From: Rebecca billardiae RCC1528
Lineage: Eukaryota; Protista; Haptophyta
Direction of reading: 5' to 3'
DNA: 64,000 nucleotides
NCBI GenBank assembly: GCA_965240325.2
Contig: OZ251241.1
Span: 806,001 to 870,000 of the forward strand
Position numbers and translations under genes: made by a program. Numbering within the stretch: the first letter of the stretch is position 1; each line of letters begins with the position of its first letter. The notes below the pieces were generated by a model. That model ran no database searches. It was not told the DNA's origin and worked only from the letters and a program-made list of their open reading frames with translations. Positions 46,301-57,178 of this stretch are shown here, piece by piece.

Positions 46301-46815
46301 GCACTGCAGCGCGTAGCACGCGGCCCGGGCCTCCTCCTTGGAGGGGCTGTGCACCGCGACGTCGCAGAGCGCACGGAGGAAGCGGCGGCGCTCCATCTCT
46401 GCGCGCCGCCGCCGCGCAGAGAGCACGCGCGAGCACTGCATGAGCGCGCGCGGAGCGCCATGCGACGCAGAGGCGGGCAGGCGTCGCGCGCGCACGCACC
46501 GTCGTGCCCATCAAAGGCGTGCACCCTGAACGAGAGGTACGCGAGCACGACGAGCGCGTTCTTGCACGCGAGCGTGCCCCAGCACGCGCGCTGCAGCTCG
46601 GCACAGAGCGCACCGACCACCGCGCGCATGTGCTGCGCCGGCATCAGCTCAGCAGGCGGCGCCGGGCCGTGCGCGCTGGCCGCGGCGTCCTCGTCTAGCA
46701 TGGCCTGGCGGTATGCGGCGTACATCGCCGCACGCTCTGGCGCAGGTGCGGATGCCGCGCGTGCGGCGATCTCCGCGGCGCATGCTCGCGCGGGCCTCGG
46801 TGTGGTTCGCGGCAT
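40385..46815 (-). CDS. Large Ala-rich HEAT-like protein, probable RIF1 homologue; exons about 46815-46500, 46398-46190, 46050-41515, 41263-40385
   Basis: Spliced N-terminus (KNALVVLAYL...SPSKEEARAACYALQCQ...TAIQAMQHLLDQL) follows the Rif1_N helical pattern by eye; the model needs one GC-AG intron. Confidence 0.55.
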
Positions 46816-46963
46816 CCCTGTCGTTGGCGCCTTGAGCCGCCGCCGCGCTACTGGTCACTTCCGGGTGGGGGGAGGTTGAAGCTGGTCCGGCAAGCGCAAC
46901 AGCCAAGCACTGTCCGGGAGCGCCCAGCAGATCGTGCCGTGCTGCGTGCCCAGGGCCACGATC

Positions 46964-48088
46964 ATGGCGAAGAAGGCCGCGACGGCCGCGGCGGCGCCGA
47001 CGAAGAAGGCGGCCAGCGGGAAGCGCGGCGCCGCGGGCGAGGCGAAGGGCAGCGCGAGCAAGGTGGCGAAGCCCTCGAAGCCAGCCGCGCGCGACGCGCC
47101 CAAGCCGGCCGCGGACGACGCGGGCGCGCGCGTGTTCAAGCTGGATGCGCAGACGACGCGCGCACTCACCGCGAGCCTCAAGCGCCGGCCCAAGTCGGCG
47201 TCGCCGGCCGCGGGGGCGAAGGGCGACGACTCGGCGCGGAAGCGCCACGCGCCGCAGCCCGGCTGCGTCGTCTACGTCGGCCACCTGCCGCACGGCTTCT
47301 ACGAGGAGCAGCTGGAGCCGTTCTTCTCGCAGTTTGGCGTCGTGCGGCGGCTGCGCGTCGCGCGCGCCAAGAACACGGCGAAGCCGAAGGGGTACGCGTT
47401 CGTCGAGTTCGAGGACGCGGAGGTGGCGAGTATCGTCGCCAAGGCGATGCACAACTACATCATGTTCGACAAGCTGCTCAAGGTGCACGTGATGGCGGAC
47501 GAGGACGTGCATGCAGAAATATTCCGAGGCGCAGGCAAGACGTTCAAGCCGCTGCCGACCAAGCAGCAGGCGATCGCGCGGACCAACCGCGAGCGCTCGA
47601 CGGAGGAACAGGCGGCGCGCGTGCGCAAGCTGCTCGCCGCCGAGCGCCGCCAGAAGCGCAAGCTCGCTGACGCGGGCATCGACTACGACTTTGACGGCTA
47701 CGCGGCGGCGGCGGGCGACGCGCCGCGCGCGGCGGCCACAGGGGCGGCGGCGCGCGCCAAGCCGACGCGCGGGGAGGAGGCGACGGAGGCGAAGGCGCCC
47801 AAGGCGTCGGCGCCAGCGCCCAAGCGCCAGAAGGCTGGTGCGGAGGCTGCAGCAAGCGGCGCGGGTGCGGCAGCAAAGAAAGCCGCCGGCCGGGAGCGCG
47901 CACCGGCAGGCGCGGGCGGCAGCCCGTCGCCGGCGCAGCAGCCGAAGCCCGCCACGAAGGGGAAGGGCCGGCCGGGCCCCGCCGCGGCCGAGGCGACGGC
48001 CGCGGCAGCCGCCGCCGCAAAATCGCCGCCACCGGTCGCCGTGCGGAAGCAGAATAAGCAGAAAGAGCAGCGTCGGCGTGCTGTGTGA
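46964..48088 (+). CDS. NIFK: Nucleolar RRM protein NIFK/Nop15
   Basis: VVYVGHLPHGFYE, FFSQFG, KGYAFVEF, AMHNYIMFDKLL, GIDYDF. Confidence 0.93.
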   Translation: MAKKAATAAAAPTKKAASGKRGAAGEAKGSASKVAKPSKPAARDAPKPAADDAGARVFKLDAQTTRALTASLKRRPKSASPAAGAKGDDSARKRHAPQPGCVVYVGHLPHGFYEEQLEPFFSQFGVVRRLRVARAKNTAKPKGYAFVEFEDAEVASIVAKAMHNYIMFDKLLKVHVMADEDVHAEIFRGAGKTFKPLPTKQQAIARTNRERSTEEQAARVRKLLAAERRQKRKLADAGIDYDFDGYAAAAGDAPRAAATGAAARAKPTRGEEATEAKAPKASAPAPKRQKAGAEAAASGAGAAAKKAAGRERAPAGAGGSPSPAQQPKPATKGKGRPGPAAAEATAAAAAAAKSPPPVAVRKQNKQKEQRRRAV

Positions 48089-48406
48089 GCTCGATTATAC
48101 GACCATCACACGACTGCATAATGATTGACTCATGAGCCTCATGAGGCTCATCAGACATCAATGCTCAGATCAAAGTTGCACTCTGAGTCGTCGTGATCAG
48201 ATCGCGCGATATGTCATATCATGTAAGGCGCGTCCGCGCGTCGCACGGTCCCATCGACTCATCGAGGCATCGTCATCGTCATCTCCGCATTCTCCGCTAC
48301 TGTAGATGATCAGAGTATTGAGTCGATCTGATATTCATACTCATATAGACGGCCCGAGCTCAGAATCATCATCATCAGATCATCGGTCACGGAGATGACG
48401 GTACTG

Positions 48407-48451
48407 TCTCGCCTGCCTGAGCTGTGTGCGTCTCTTTCTTAGTAAACTGTA
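48407..48451 (+). repeat. Solitary copy of the short dispersed repeat (2-nt deletion)
   Basis: TCTCGCCTGCCTGAGCTGTGTGCGTCTCTTTCTTAGTAAACTGTA. Confidence 0.93.
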
Positions 48452-48547
48452 GTGGATCTCCATCTCCATCGCATCGGACAAGACACAACCGTCAGACGGA
48501 TCACGGCGGCCGGAGTGCCGGACTCGCGGCCACAATCATCATTCAGG

Positions 48548-49120
48548 ATGGATTCCTCGTCCATCTTCCTCGTGCAGCTGGCGTTCACGTCGCTTTTGCT
48601 GCCCCTCTGCGAGGGTAGCTGCCACTGCTACCGCAGATCTGCTCTCGCGGGCGGTGCCGCCGTCCTCACTGGTGCTGGGTGTGGCGGCCTTCGCCCGGCA
48701 GCCGCTGCTCGCCCCGCCTCGAAGCCGGTGGAGGCGACTGACAGGGATGGAAATCCGATCCGCGCGGCTGCTTGGCTCGCTCAGCATGGCTCGTCGACGC
48801 CGGAGCTCTGCCTCGGTCTCGACGGCGAGCCCTACTTCTTGTTCATCGCCGATGACGGCAAGTCGGTGAGCTCCACCGCCCTCAAGGCGGAGTGTACACA
48901 CCTGGGCTGCCTTGTGCAGCCGGAGCCGATGGGCGGTGGCTTTGCATGCCCGTGCCATGGGAGCAAGTATGCCGCAGACGGGTCTGTCAAGCGCGGCCCT
49001 GCGCCCGCCCCTCTGCGTCTCGCGCGCGTGAGCACGAGAGAGGAAGACGGTGTGCTGATCATGAGCCAGTGGGACGGAGCAGACGAACGCGAGGCACGAG
49101 CCGGCGCGCAGTTTGCGTAG
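48548..49120 (+). CDS. petC: Cytochrome b6f-type Rieske [2Fe-2S] protein (divergent PetC-like) with signal peptide and RR motif
   Basis: CTHLGC, CPCHGS, GPAP, GLDGEP, DRDGN; hydrophobic N-terminus then RRSAL. Confidence 0.8.
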   Translation: MDSSSIFLVQLAFTSLLLPLCEGSCHCYRRSALAGGAAVLTGAGCGGLRPAAAARPASKPVEATDRDGNPIRAAAWLAQHGSSTPELCLGLDGEPYFLFIADDGKSVSSTALKAECTHLGCLVQPEPMGGGFACPCHGSKYAADGSVKRGPAPAPLRLARVSTREEDGVLIMSQWDGADEREARAGAQFA

Positions 49121-49280
49121 CAATGTGAATGCTGATCAATGAACTTTGAATAACATTGATGATGATCGTCGACGGTCAGCTAGCTTAGCCTAGCTTAGCG
49201 ACGGACGAGCAGCCTCGGCGACGGCCAGGCTGGCAGCATCAGCATGCTGAATCTGATGCTGCGCCTGCTGTATCATACTG

Positions 49281-51257
49281 TAGGTGGGTCCCTCCCAACT
49301 GGGGCGATATTCTGGCGCACTCAGAATGACGTCCTAGATTTTGTCTCTCACCCAGAATCGACGCTATAAATGCGTCCCATCGGGGCGGAGCAAAAGTTTC
49401 GACCTCAAAATCTACTCCGCGTGCCGTTGCGCGGCCGAGCGCGCGCGCGCCGGGCCAGTAGTGTCACATAGAGATTCAGCGAAGCGTTACTTGATGGTTA
49501 TGGTGGCTAGATGGCGACATGCGATCGGAATTACTTATTGGCAACCGTTGACACCCGACCGAACTATTTTATGAAGCAAAGAGTGGGGCTCTATGCTGTG
49601 CGCTGATACCTCCAACAAACTACAGCAAGATTGAGCAGATTACCCACTTTATATATAGCCACCTACCCGTATATAGGGCGGCCGTTACCCACTTTATATT
49701 GACTGTGGATGTGGTTAATTATATAATCAAATTCGTTCCGATATGTGGGTACGTTTGTTGGGTCATCGAATAGGCGCCGAGCGACGCGGACACTCAGGCA
49801 ACCCGCCGGGCCGCAACCGGACTGCCTGCGAGTGGCAGTGTTTGTGGCGGGCTGCGTGCCGAGGCACACATCATCGCCTGCCACCGAGCATGCCACCGTC
49901 GTCACACGGGAGTCCTTCGCCGTCGAGGCTGGACTAGCAGCCAACGCCACCGCCGGAGCTTGCCGCGTACGGCGGCTTCCGTGCTCGTCGTACTCCGCGC
50001 GTCACCGGCTCCGTTGCAGTTCGTCGTATGCCCATCCGCGTGAGGCCGGCCGCCACCAGTCCACTACTACCGCAGCTGCAGCCTATGCCGTCGACGATAC
50101 CTCCTACCATCTTCTCGCCAGGCAGCAATACGACAAGTTCACCGACGCTGCTGCTAGGCTGAGAGCACTCAGCCAGTTGGCCTGCGAGACGTCAGATGGT
50201 TGAGCTGCTGGCCTAGCCATCACGTTGCGGCTTCCGCTCGCTCAAGTACACCCAACGTGACGACGAGAACGTGCCGGGCAATCATCAGACATGCGTCTGA
50301 GGGGTCTACTACGCCTAGCCGTAGAGTTGCTGAGTACGAGTCGTCGCAGACCACAAGCGGAACGAGTGGGACCACCCGATGGCAGGAGCAACAGCGTGGG
50401 GTGGCACCCGCGCCTGTCAACGCGACCGCGTTCTGTCAAGAATGGACCCATATCCTGCGACCACCCTCGAGCACCACAGGCTATGCCCACACTCGGCATA
50501 GGGAAGGATCGCTGAGCGCCTGCTGCCGCTGTGAAAGGCCCTGCTGATCTTCCTGGCGCTGGATCGTGCACACGGATGGCAAGTCGGCGTGCTCGCCGCA
50601 AATCGCGGCGGCTTCTCAGCATCCCAAGTCCTCAGTGCACCCATCCTAGGCCTGCTGGTCAATTATTGGTACCAACCCCCACCAAACACGCCCTCTCGGA
50701 AGTCGCCAATCGCTCACATGGCTCCCCGAGAGCCCGCGGCTGGCTGTCATGCGTTCTCACGAGCAGCTTGCGCGCAGCCCAATTGACACCTTCACGGTGC
50801 GTAGAGCTGCTCAAGATGGCGCGAGCGTCAAGAGCATGCCCATGCCTGATGGTGGCCCATGCCTCCCGTCACCTGACCCGCCTGTAGCGAAAAGTGGCCC
50901 TGCTCGAAGGCACGGCTCGAACACCCGCCGATCGATTCAAGTTGTCTGTACGCGTCTAGCCGGGCGAGAGTCGAACATGCGGGCTCGCGCCAGACTGGGG
51001 ATGTGTGACCACGGATCTCATCCGTGAGCACGCGCAAAGCGTTGGAGCGCGCGATAGGTGTTGGCTGTGGTCTACCCGACACACGGCGGCTCGGTCGCGC
51101 TGGAGAGGCGCTCCGACATCGTCGGGAGCGTTCAGATCGGACCTCGGCCGGCGGCCCGGCGATTTTCCCGAGCCGCGCCCGCGCGCGAGGAGAAATCCGG
51201 CCAGAAAACCCGGTAAATGTTTAAAAGACCGCTGGAAAATCGCCAGGGACCCACCTA
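49281..51257 (+). mobile_element. Non-autonomous TIR DNA element, TAGG family copy 2
   Basis: 13-bp perfect TIR TAGGTGGGTCCCT; internal GTGTCACATAGAGATTCAGC and TTACCCA blocks shared with copies 1 and 3. Confidence 0.8.
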
Positions 51258-52053
51258 ATTTCATAGTGCTGACGAGTCTCAGCCCTGGCGACGGACGGAC
51301 GGTCGGGTCGGACGCCGACGGTGTGCGGGCGCCGCCGGACCGCGCGAGCCCGCGCACTCGGTCTCGGAGACTCAGCAGTCGACAAGTGGCGCCTGCTGCG
51401 GTCACAACTCACACAATTATCACACATCAAGTGCTGCCCGATTAATAATTCCGACGAGTAAAATTCACCATCGTCTAGTTATTGACGCTTGCCGGTTGCT
51501 GCATACCACGTCGTTAAACGTACATAGCTTAGTATCACTATCTGACTGTTATGGCGCACGGCCCCCCCGAAAGGTCTGAGCGTGAGCGAAAGCCGGGGGG
51601 GGGGCGGCGCACGTGCTCCGCAAAATCATCAAAAAAGATAATGGCGCGCGTGATGCTGGTGGGGATTTTGTACTTGTAGCAGGGGGAGAGCTGCTAGTGA
51701 ATGGCATTCAACCCCCTTGATGACGCTTGATTGCGTTCGTACTATCCGATTCCCCTGCTCGTATTAATCTCTTTCTGCAGGCATAGATACTAATAGGACA
51801 ATTCCCTCGCTGAATAGCACAAATGGCCTAGTGGCCTTCTTGGCCCAATGCGGGTGGGATTCGAAATCTCTATCTGCGAGGATTAAGAGCTCTCTGATGA
51901 AAGAAGTGTGGTGAGTGTGTCCTAGACAGCCTGAGCGGAAAGGGCAATAGTTGCGATTGTCATTCAAGATTCCTCACCCCTTATTGCAAACTGATTCCGA
52001 AGCCAATGCGGGTGTGATCGACGCGTTGTGCTATAAGAGCTCGTCTCGATCAT

Positions 52054-52099
52054 TACAGTTTACTAAGAATAAGAGACGCACACAGCTCAGGCAGGCGAG
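52054..52099 (-). repeat. Solitary copy of the short dispersed repeat
   Basis: TACAGTTTACTAAGAATAAGAGACGCACACAGCTCAGGCAGGCGAG, identical to 34943-34988. Confidence 0.95.
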
Positions 52100-52598
52100 T
52101 ATTGCTACAAAAGGCGCTGCTGCCTTGGCCACTGGCCACGCAAACTCGACGCGGGCTCGCGAACAGGCGGGCACTGCACGCGATCGTTCAATCCGACAAG
52201 ACTCAGCGCAGGTGCGCGCAGATCTGCGGCGGGTCCCAACGGCCGTCGGCATCGCATTCGTGCCTCGTTCACCCCGCGCGCCCCGCCCTGCCATGTCTCT
52301 TCGGCCCAGTGCGTTTTCCAACCGAGCACGTCGTCACTCGGTCGCACGAACGCGGCCGTTGTCGACCGGCTCGTAGCTGACCATTCGCGCGCCCGCGCGC
52401 GCCACGCCGCACGCCGCGCAGCTGAGGCTCTCGGCATGTTCAGAAGTCGCTCGCCCAACCCTCACCGCTCACGCTCGCGCCGTCCATGACCATGGCCGAG
52501 CTGTGATGGCTGAGCCGCGTGCGGCGTGCTGACGGCTGCGCATGGCGGCGCGGCAAGCAGCGCGCGCAGATCTGCGGGCGACGCCGACGAGGCTGGCC

Positions 52599-52713
52599 GC
52601 TGGGCGAGTCCTCGCAGCACGAGCTGGACCGCGCACATCTATCTATTTTGCTCGCGACAGAGGCTGGGCGAGTCCTCGCAGCACGAGCTGGACTGCGCAC
52701 ATCTGTTTTGCTC
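52599..52713. repeat. Imperfect ~55-bp direct repeat, period 64
   Basis: GCTGGGCGAGTCCTCGCAGCACGAGCTGGAC at 52599 and 52663. Confidence 0.85.
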
Positions 52714-53912
52714 TCGTCCGCCGGTCTCGAGTCACCATCCACGGCTTGACTGGCGCATGGGCGGGCGTTTGGCGCGCGAGCCGCGCGCTGACCGTGAGGA
52801 GGGGCTCTGGCGCTCACTCGACGGATGCCTGACCGTGCCTGACACGAGAGCCACAGGCTTAGATCTGCGAGCGGCGAGCCCGCGATGATGGCGAGTTGGC
52901 ATATGCTACGGGCGACGCCGTGCTCCCCTCTCGCCCGTGCTCGCAGTAGTCCTCGCGCTCCGGGCCGTCGGCCGACAGCACCCGCGGCGGCACCGACGCG
53001 CACAGCCATGCAGCGGCCCTCGCACCGAGTGCATCGACGCGGCGGCGAGGCTGACAGACAAAGGCGTGCAAGGAGCGGCTACTGCGGCTGCGGGAGGTCG
53101 TAGATAGACAGGCTCGAGCCGCGGCTGCTCGCGACGCTCTTCCCCGCAGCGAGCTCGTCCGACGCTGCGCCGATCCCGCCGAGCGCGCGAGGCTGTGCGA
53201 GGCTGAGTGAGACGGGCGAGCTGCCGAGCGCGATCTCCGCGCTGCGCGCGGCCACAGACAACAGGGCTGCCCGATGCGCACCGGGCGGAGGCGCTGCGGC
53301 TGCTGCGCGTCGAGTTCGACAGGCGGCGCAGCCCCCCGAGGCCCGGGCCGTCGACCGCGTCGAATACTCGCGCCCGCGCCTCCTGCACGGCGACGCGCCG
53401 GGCGCGCGCATCGCTGATTCGGTGAAGAACGCGACGACTATTGCATACTCCAGTAGGGCCGTGCGCCCTCAACGTCGTTGTTTACTACCCGAAGATCGGC
53501 GTAGCCGATCATAGAGCGCTCTATATATATATATTAATAAATCTGAGTATATATATATAATATACGCGGTAACTATCTGAGACTACTCAGTTGAAACATC
53601 GATCGCCCGATCGGCGGCCCGCGGATTTATTATTGATATGATGATATATATATCCCGCCCGGGCGGCGGGTGACTGATGATGTCGGATGAGACGTTCGTC
53701 ATTTGAGTAGGTGAGTGATGATGTCTGACTGTGATGAGTGATTCTCATCGCGACGATATCGCGAACGGCGAATCGCCGTCGAGCCCGTCGACGGCGTCGT
53801 CGACTCTTCGATCGCGAGCCGCGAGATTCAATTCGCCGAATTCGCACATCATGATGCACCAGCGCATCGTCGTCTATCAGCGCGTCGCAGCTCTCAGCGC
53901 ACACCCTTGCCG

Positions 53913-54548
53913 TCATCGGCTTCCATGCTTGGCAGCGCTGCCAGCCTTGTGCTCGCCGCGCTGGCCGCTGTCGTCTGACTCGCTGCCATTGTCGTCACCT
54001 GCTGCCGCGCCATGTGCACCGTCGCTGCCCTTGGGTGTCTTCTTCTTCGACTTTTTCTTGGCGCGCTTGGCGGCTCGCTTCGCCGTTCGCTCCGCCTCAC
54101 GCTGCGCACGCTCGATCCGGGTGCGTTCAAACTCGCTGGCCGCCTCGTCCGCCTTGGCCTGCTTCTCCATCTGATCCAAGCGCTCCAGCTCCACCCTCCG
54201 TGCGTTTCGGTACATGTGGAAGTCGCTGTGCGCGCGCAGCACGGCGGGGACGAGAGGCGAGATGAGTGGGCTCGGCGTACGGGGAGCGCGCGGGCGGGTG
54301 CCGTCGTCGGACGCATGCGTGGCGCGCACCCGCTGCCCGCTCCGGCATTGCTGCCCATAATGTTGTTCACTTTTTGAACCTTGTGCCTGTGGGCGCGGAG
54401 GTGCGGGAGCAGTGAGCACGCACGCGGGGCGACGGAGGCTGGATACGGATGTGCCAGGCGCGCACTTCTCCTTCTCGACGTCGCCCCACATGTCGCGCTC
54501 CTTGCGCTTGCGCTCCTCATCTGCGAGCTTCTTGAAGTCGACGTCCAT
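53913..54548 (-). CDS. PRKRIP1: PRKR-interacting protein 1 (spliceosomal), 3 exons (54548-54466, 54386-54330, 54225-53913)
   Basis: Spliced VNNIMGSNAGAGSGDFHMYRNARR, TAKRAAKR. Confidence 0.92.
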   Translation of the reverse strand: MDVDFKKLADEERKRKERDMWGDVEKEKCAPGTSVSSLRRPACVLTAPAPPRPQAQGSKSEQHYGQQCRSGQRVRATHASDDGTRPRAPRTPSPLISPLVPAVLRAHSDFHMYRNARRVELERLDQMEKQAKADEAASEFERTRIERAQREAERTAKRAAKRAKKKSKKKTPKGSDGAHGAAAGDDNGSESDDSGQRGEHKAGSAAKHGSR

Positions 54549-54714
54549 GCTGACGCTGATGCTCGAGAGCTGGGACTGGGTCGGCGTCCAGACGTCGCAT
54601 CATAGTACCGTTCTCGCATCCATCAAATATTATTTTAATCGATCTTCTTCCGCCAACTCGCCAAGTGGTGCGCTCATTCTTTCGTCGCGATTTCATCGTC
54701 GGTGCACCGCGCGA

Positions 54715-55902
54715 TCATCGTCTGGGCGCAGGGCCGCCACTGCGCAGAGGCAGCGCGGGCGGCAGGAACGGCGTGGGCGACGCTGGCGAGGGCGAGGGCG
54801 AGGGCGGCGACAGTGCGCCTTGCGCCGGGCGCTTGACCCCACGCGCCCGGTCGTCACGCTTCGCGCTCTCCGCCGACACCTCGTGCAGCGTGGGGAACGT
54901 CGGCATCAGCGCCCGCGCCTTCATCGGCGGCGCCTCGCGGAAGTAGCCGTGCGAGAGCGCCTCTCGCGCGCTCGCGCGCCTCGCCGGGTCGTAGGTGAGC
55001 AGGGAGTTGAGCAGGGCGAGCGCGCCCCGGCTGAGCCCGCGCGCGCCCGCGAACTTGCCCTGCAGCTCGTTGTACGGCTGCTCGGGCAGCTCCGTCCGTG
55101 CGGCCAGTGGCAGCTGGCTGAAGCCTGGCCAGATGCCCTCGTGAGGCGTGCCGAGCAGCGCGCACATCCGCTGGAGCATCTCCGCCTCGGTCGCGCCCGG
55201 CATGAGCGGGCGGTGGAGCAGGAGCTCGCCGAAGATGCAGCCGAGCGCCCAGGCGTCGATCGCCGTGCCGTACTCGCGCGCGCCGAGCAGCAGCTCGGGC
55301 GCACGATACCAGAGCGTGACGACGCGCGGCGTGAGCGGCCGCGCCAGGCACGTCGCAGGCGAGGCGAGCGTGCGCGCGAGGCCGAGGTCGCACAGCTTGA
55401 GCGTGCCGCTACCCGTGAGGAGCAGGTTGGAGAGCTTCAGGTCGCGGTGGAACACGTGGTGCTCGTGCAGGTGCGCGACGGCCTCAAGCACCTGCGCCAT
55501 GAGGCACTTCACCTCGGACGCAGAGAACGGCGTTTTCATCCAGTCCAACAGCCGTGCGACGTCGTGCTCGCAGTACTCGAACGCGAGGAAGACCGCGTCC
55601 ATCTTGCTGCCCACGACCACTTCGTGCAGCCGCACCACGTTCTCATGCGGCGGCAGCGCGCGCAGCAGCCCGATCTCGCGCAGCGCGGTCGCCGGCATGC
55701 CCTCGCGCTCGAAGCCGCTCGACGCGAGCTTCACGCGCTTCAGCGCCACAATCTGACCCGACTCGCGGTCGCGCGCCTTGTACACCGAGCCGTATGTGCC
55801 CTCGCCGATCTTGCACAGCGTGCGGTACATGCCCACCGACCGGCAGGCCCCGAGCGAGAGAGATCTCGCCTCCGATGCGCGCGCGTCGGCCGCGGCCGCC
55901 AT
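54715..55902 (-). CDS. CDK10: Cyclin-dependent kinase, CDK10/11 family
   Basis: CRSV, GEGTYG, PATALRE, YCEHD, HRDLKLSNLL, TPRVVTLWYRAPELLLGA, MPTFP. Confidence 0.9.
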   Translation of the reverse strand: MAAAADARASEARSLSLGACRSVGMYRTLCKIGEGTYGSVYKARDRESGQIVALKRVKLASSGFEREGMPATALREIGLLRALPPHENVVRLHEVVVGSKMDAVFLAFEYCEHDVARLLDWMKTPFSASEVKCLMAQVLEAVAHLHEHHVFHRDLKLSNLLLTGSGTLKLCDLGLARTLASPATCLARPLTPRVVTLWYRAPELLLGAREYGTAIDAWALGCIFGELLLHRPLMPGATEAEMLQRMCALLGTPHEGIWPGFSQLPLAARTELPEQPYNELQGKFAGARGLSRGALALLNSLLTYDPARRASAREALSHGYFREAPPMKARALMPTFPTLHEVSAESAKRDDRARGVKRPAQGALSPPSPSPSPASPTPFLPPALPLRSGGPAPRR

Positions 55903-56080
55903 GGCGCTGCCGACGGATTTTTCCTACTCATCCTCGATCCTCCTCATTTTTCGTGCCCAAAATGCGCCGGCGGGCGGTCGCTCGTCGTCACGAACGATGG
56001 CGTCGGCGGCGACGCGTGCGCTGTGAGGTGGGATCAAGCACCAATCACCCGAACACACACGCGACGGCGGCCGACGACCG

Positions 56081-56761
56081 ATGGCGGGTTTTTTCCCGGG
56101 CACGGCAAGCCTTGTTGAAGAGCTCGACAGTGCGCGCTCCGCGCCCTGCGCTGCGACGGCATCGCCGGGCACACGCGGCAGCACGGCCGGATCACGACGC
56201 GGCGCGACTCACGCGCGAGCGCGTCAACCCCTGCAGAGAGATTGATGATCGTCTTGCGTGACGGGCGCAAGATCATTGGCACGCTACGATCGTTCGATCA
56301 GTTCTGTGCGCGCCCGCCCTTCCGCCGCCGTGCGCGCGCATAGTAGCGCACGCCGCAGGCTCACACCAGCGCTCCCTGGCGCGCGCGCGAGCAGCCAACC
56401 TCGTGCTCGAGGCCTCTGTGGAGCGTATCATCGTCGCCGACGAGTACTCGGACATCCCTCTGGGGCTGTACATTGTCAGGGGCGAGAACATCGTGCTCGT
56501 GGGCACCCTGGTATGCACGCTCTCGTGCGTGCGCGCCGCTCGTACAGGCATGCGCGCATCACCGCCCCTCGCTGCCTTCACTCGCTCGCCGCGTCTGCCG
56601 TCGCGCAGGACGATGAGAAGGAAGCGAACATGCAGCTCAAGCGCGTCGACCCGCCACAAATCGTCGAGGCCAAGCGGGTGGCCGACGAGGCCGAGCGCCT
56701 GCGCACCGAGCTGTCCAAGCAGCTGCGCAACGACTGGTTCAAGGATGATGACCTTTTCTGA
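56081..56761 (+). CDS. LSM1: Sm-like protein LSM1, 4 exons (56081-56129, 56237-56305, 56395-56510, 56609-56761)
   Basis: PGTASLVEELDKRLMIVLRDGRKIIGTLRSFDQFSNLVL...RGENIVL. Confidence 0.95.
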
Positions 56762-57178
56762 GACTCAGCACCCGCACGGCGGCGCTGCGGGCCGCGCCGA
56801 GCTGCCGGCCGCGTGTGCCAGCCGACCGTGTGCCTGAGGCTGAAAGGCGGTGCGCGCCCGCGTCGTGCGTCGAGGCGTCGGGGTGAGCGTCTGGCGGACC
56901 AGCCCGGCGGCACGGCGGCCGGCACGGCGACGCGGCGCACGCCAGCGGCGGCCATGCGACGTGAGTGCGAGAGCCGAGACGCGCGCTAAACTTAATGACC
57001 GTCGACTCAGTCGATTCATTCGACAGCTAAGCTAGTCAGTCTCAGCGGCTTGTCCGGCGGCTGGCCCTGGATCGGCCTGTCGACTCCCGCCGCGCGAGAT
57101 CTCGAATTCTCGAAAGCCGCAGCCGCGCGGGACCGGAAGTACCCCTACTCACGTGCAACCACGGGGTTGAGCGGCTTT

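Noticed and set aside
34945-48449. A 13.5-kb composite transposon bounded by the short repeats
   Set aside because: Orientation fits, but it would enclose ordinary housekeeping genes, a TA duplication is uninformative, and the other two copies remain unpaired
51826-51872. tRNA-like TTCGAATCCC on the minus strand
   Set aside because: No acceptor, D or anticodon stems, and the T-arm is non-canonical
52200-53430. Possible pseudogene between the repeat and PRKRIP1
   Set aside because: GC-rich, but no consistent frame or recognisable motif
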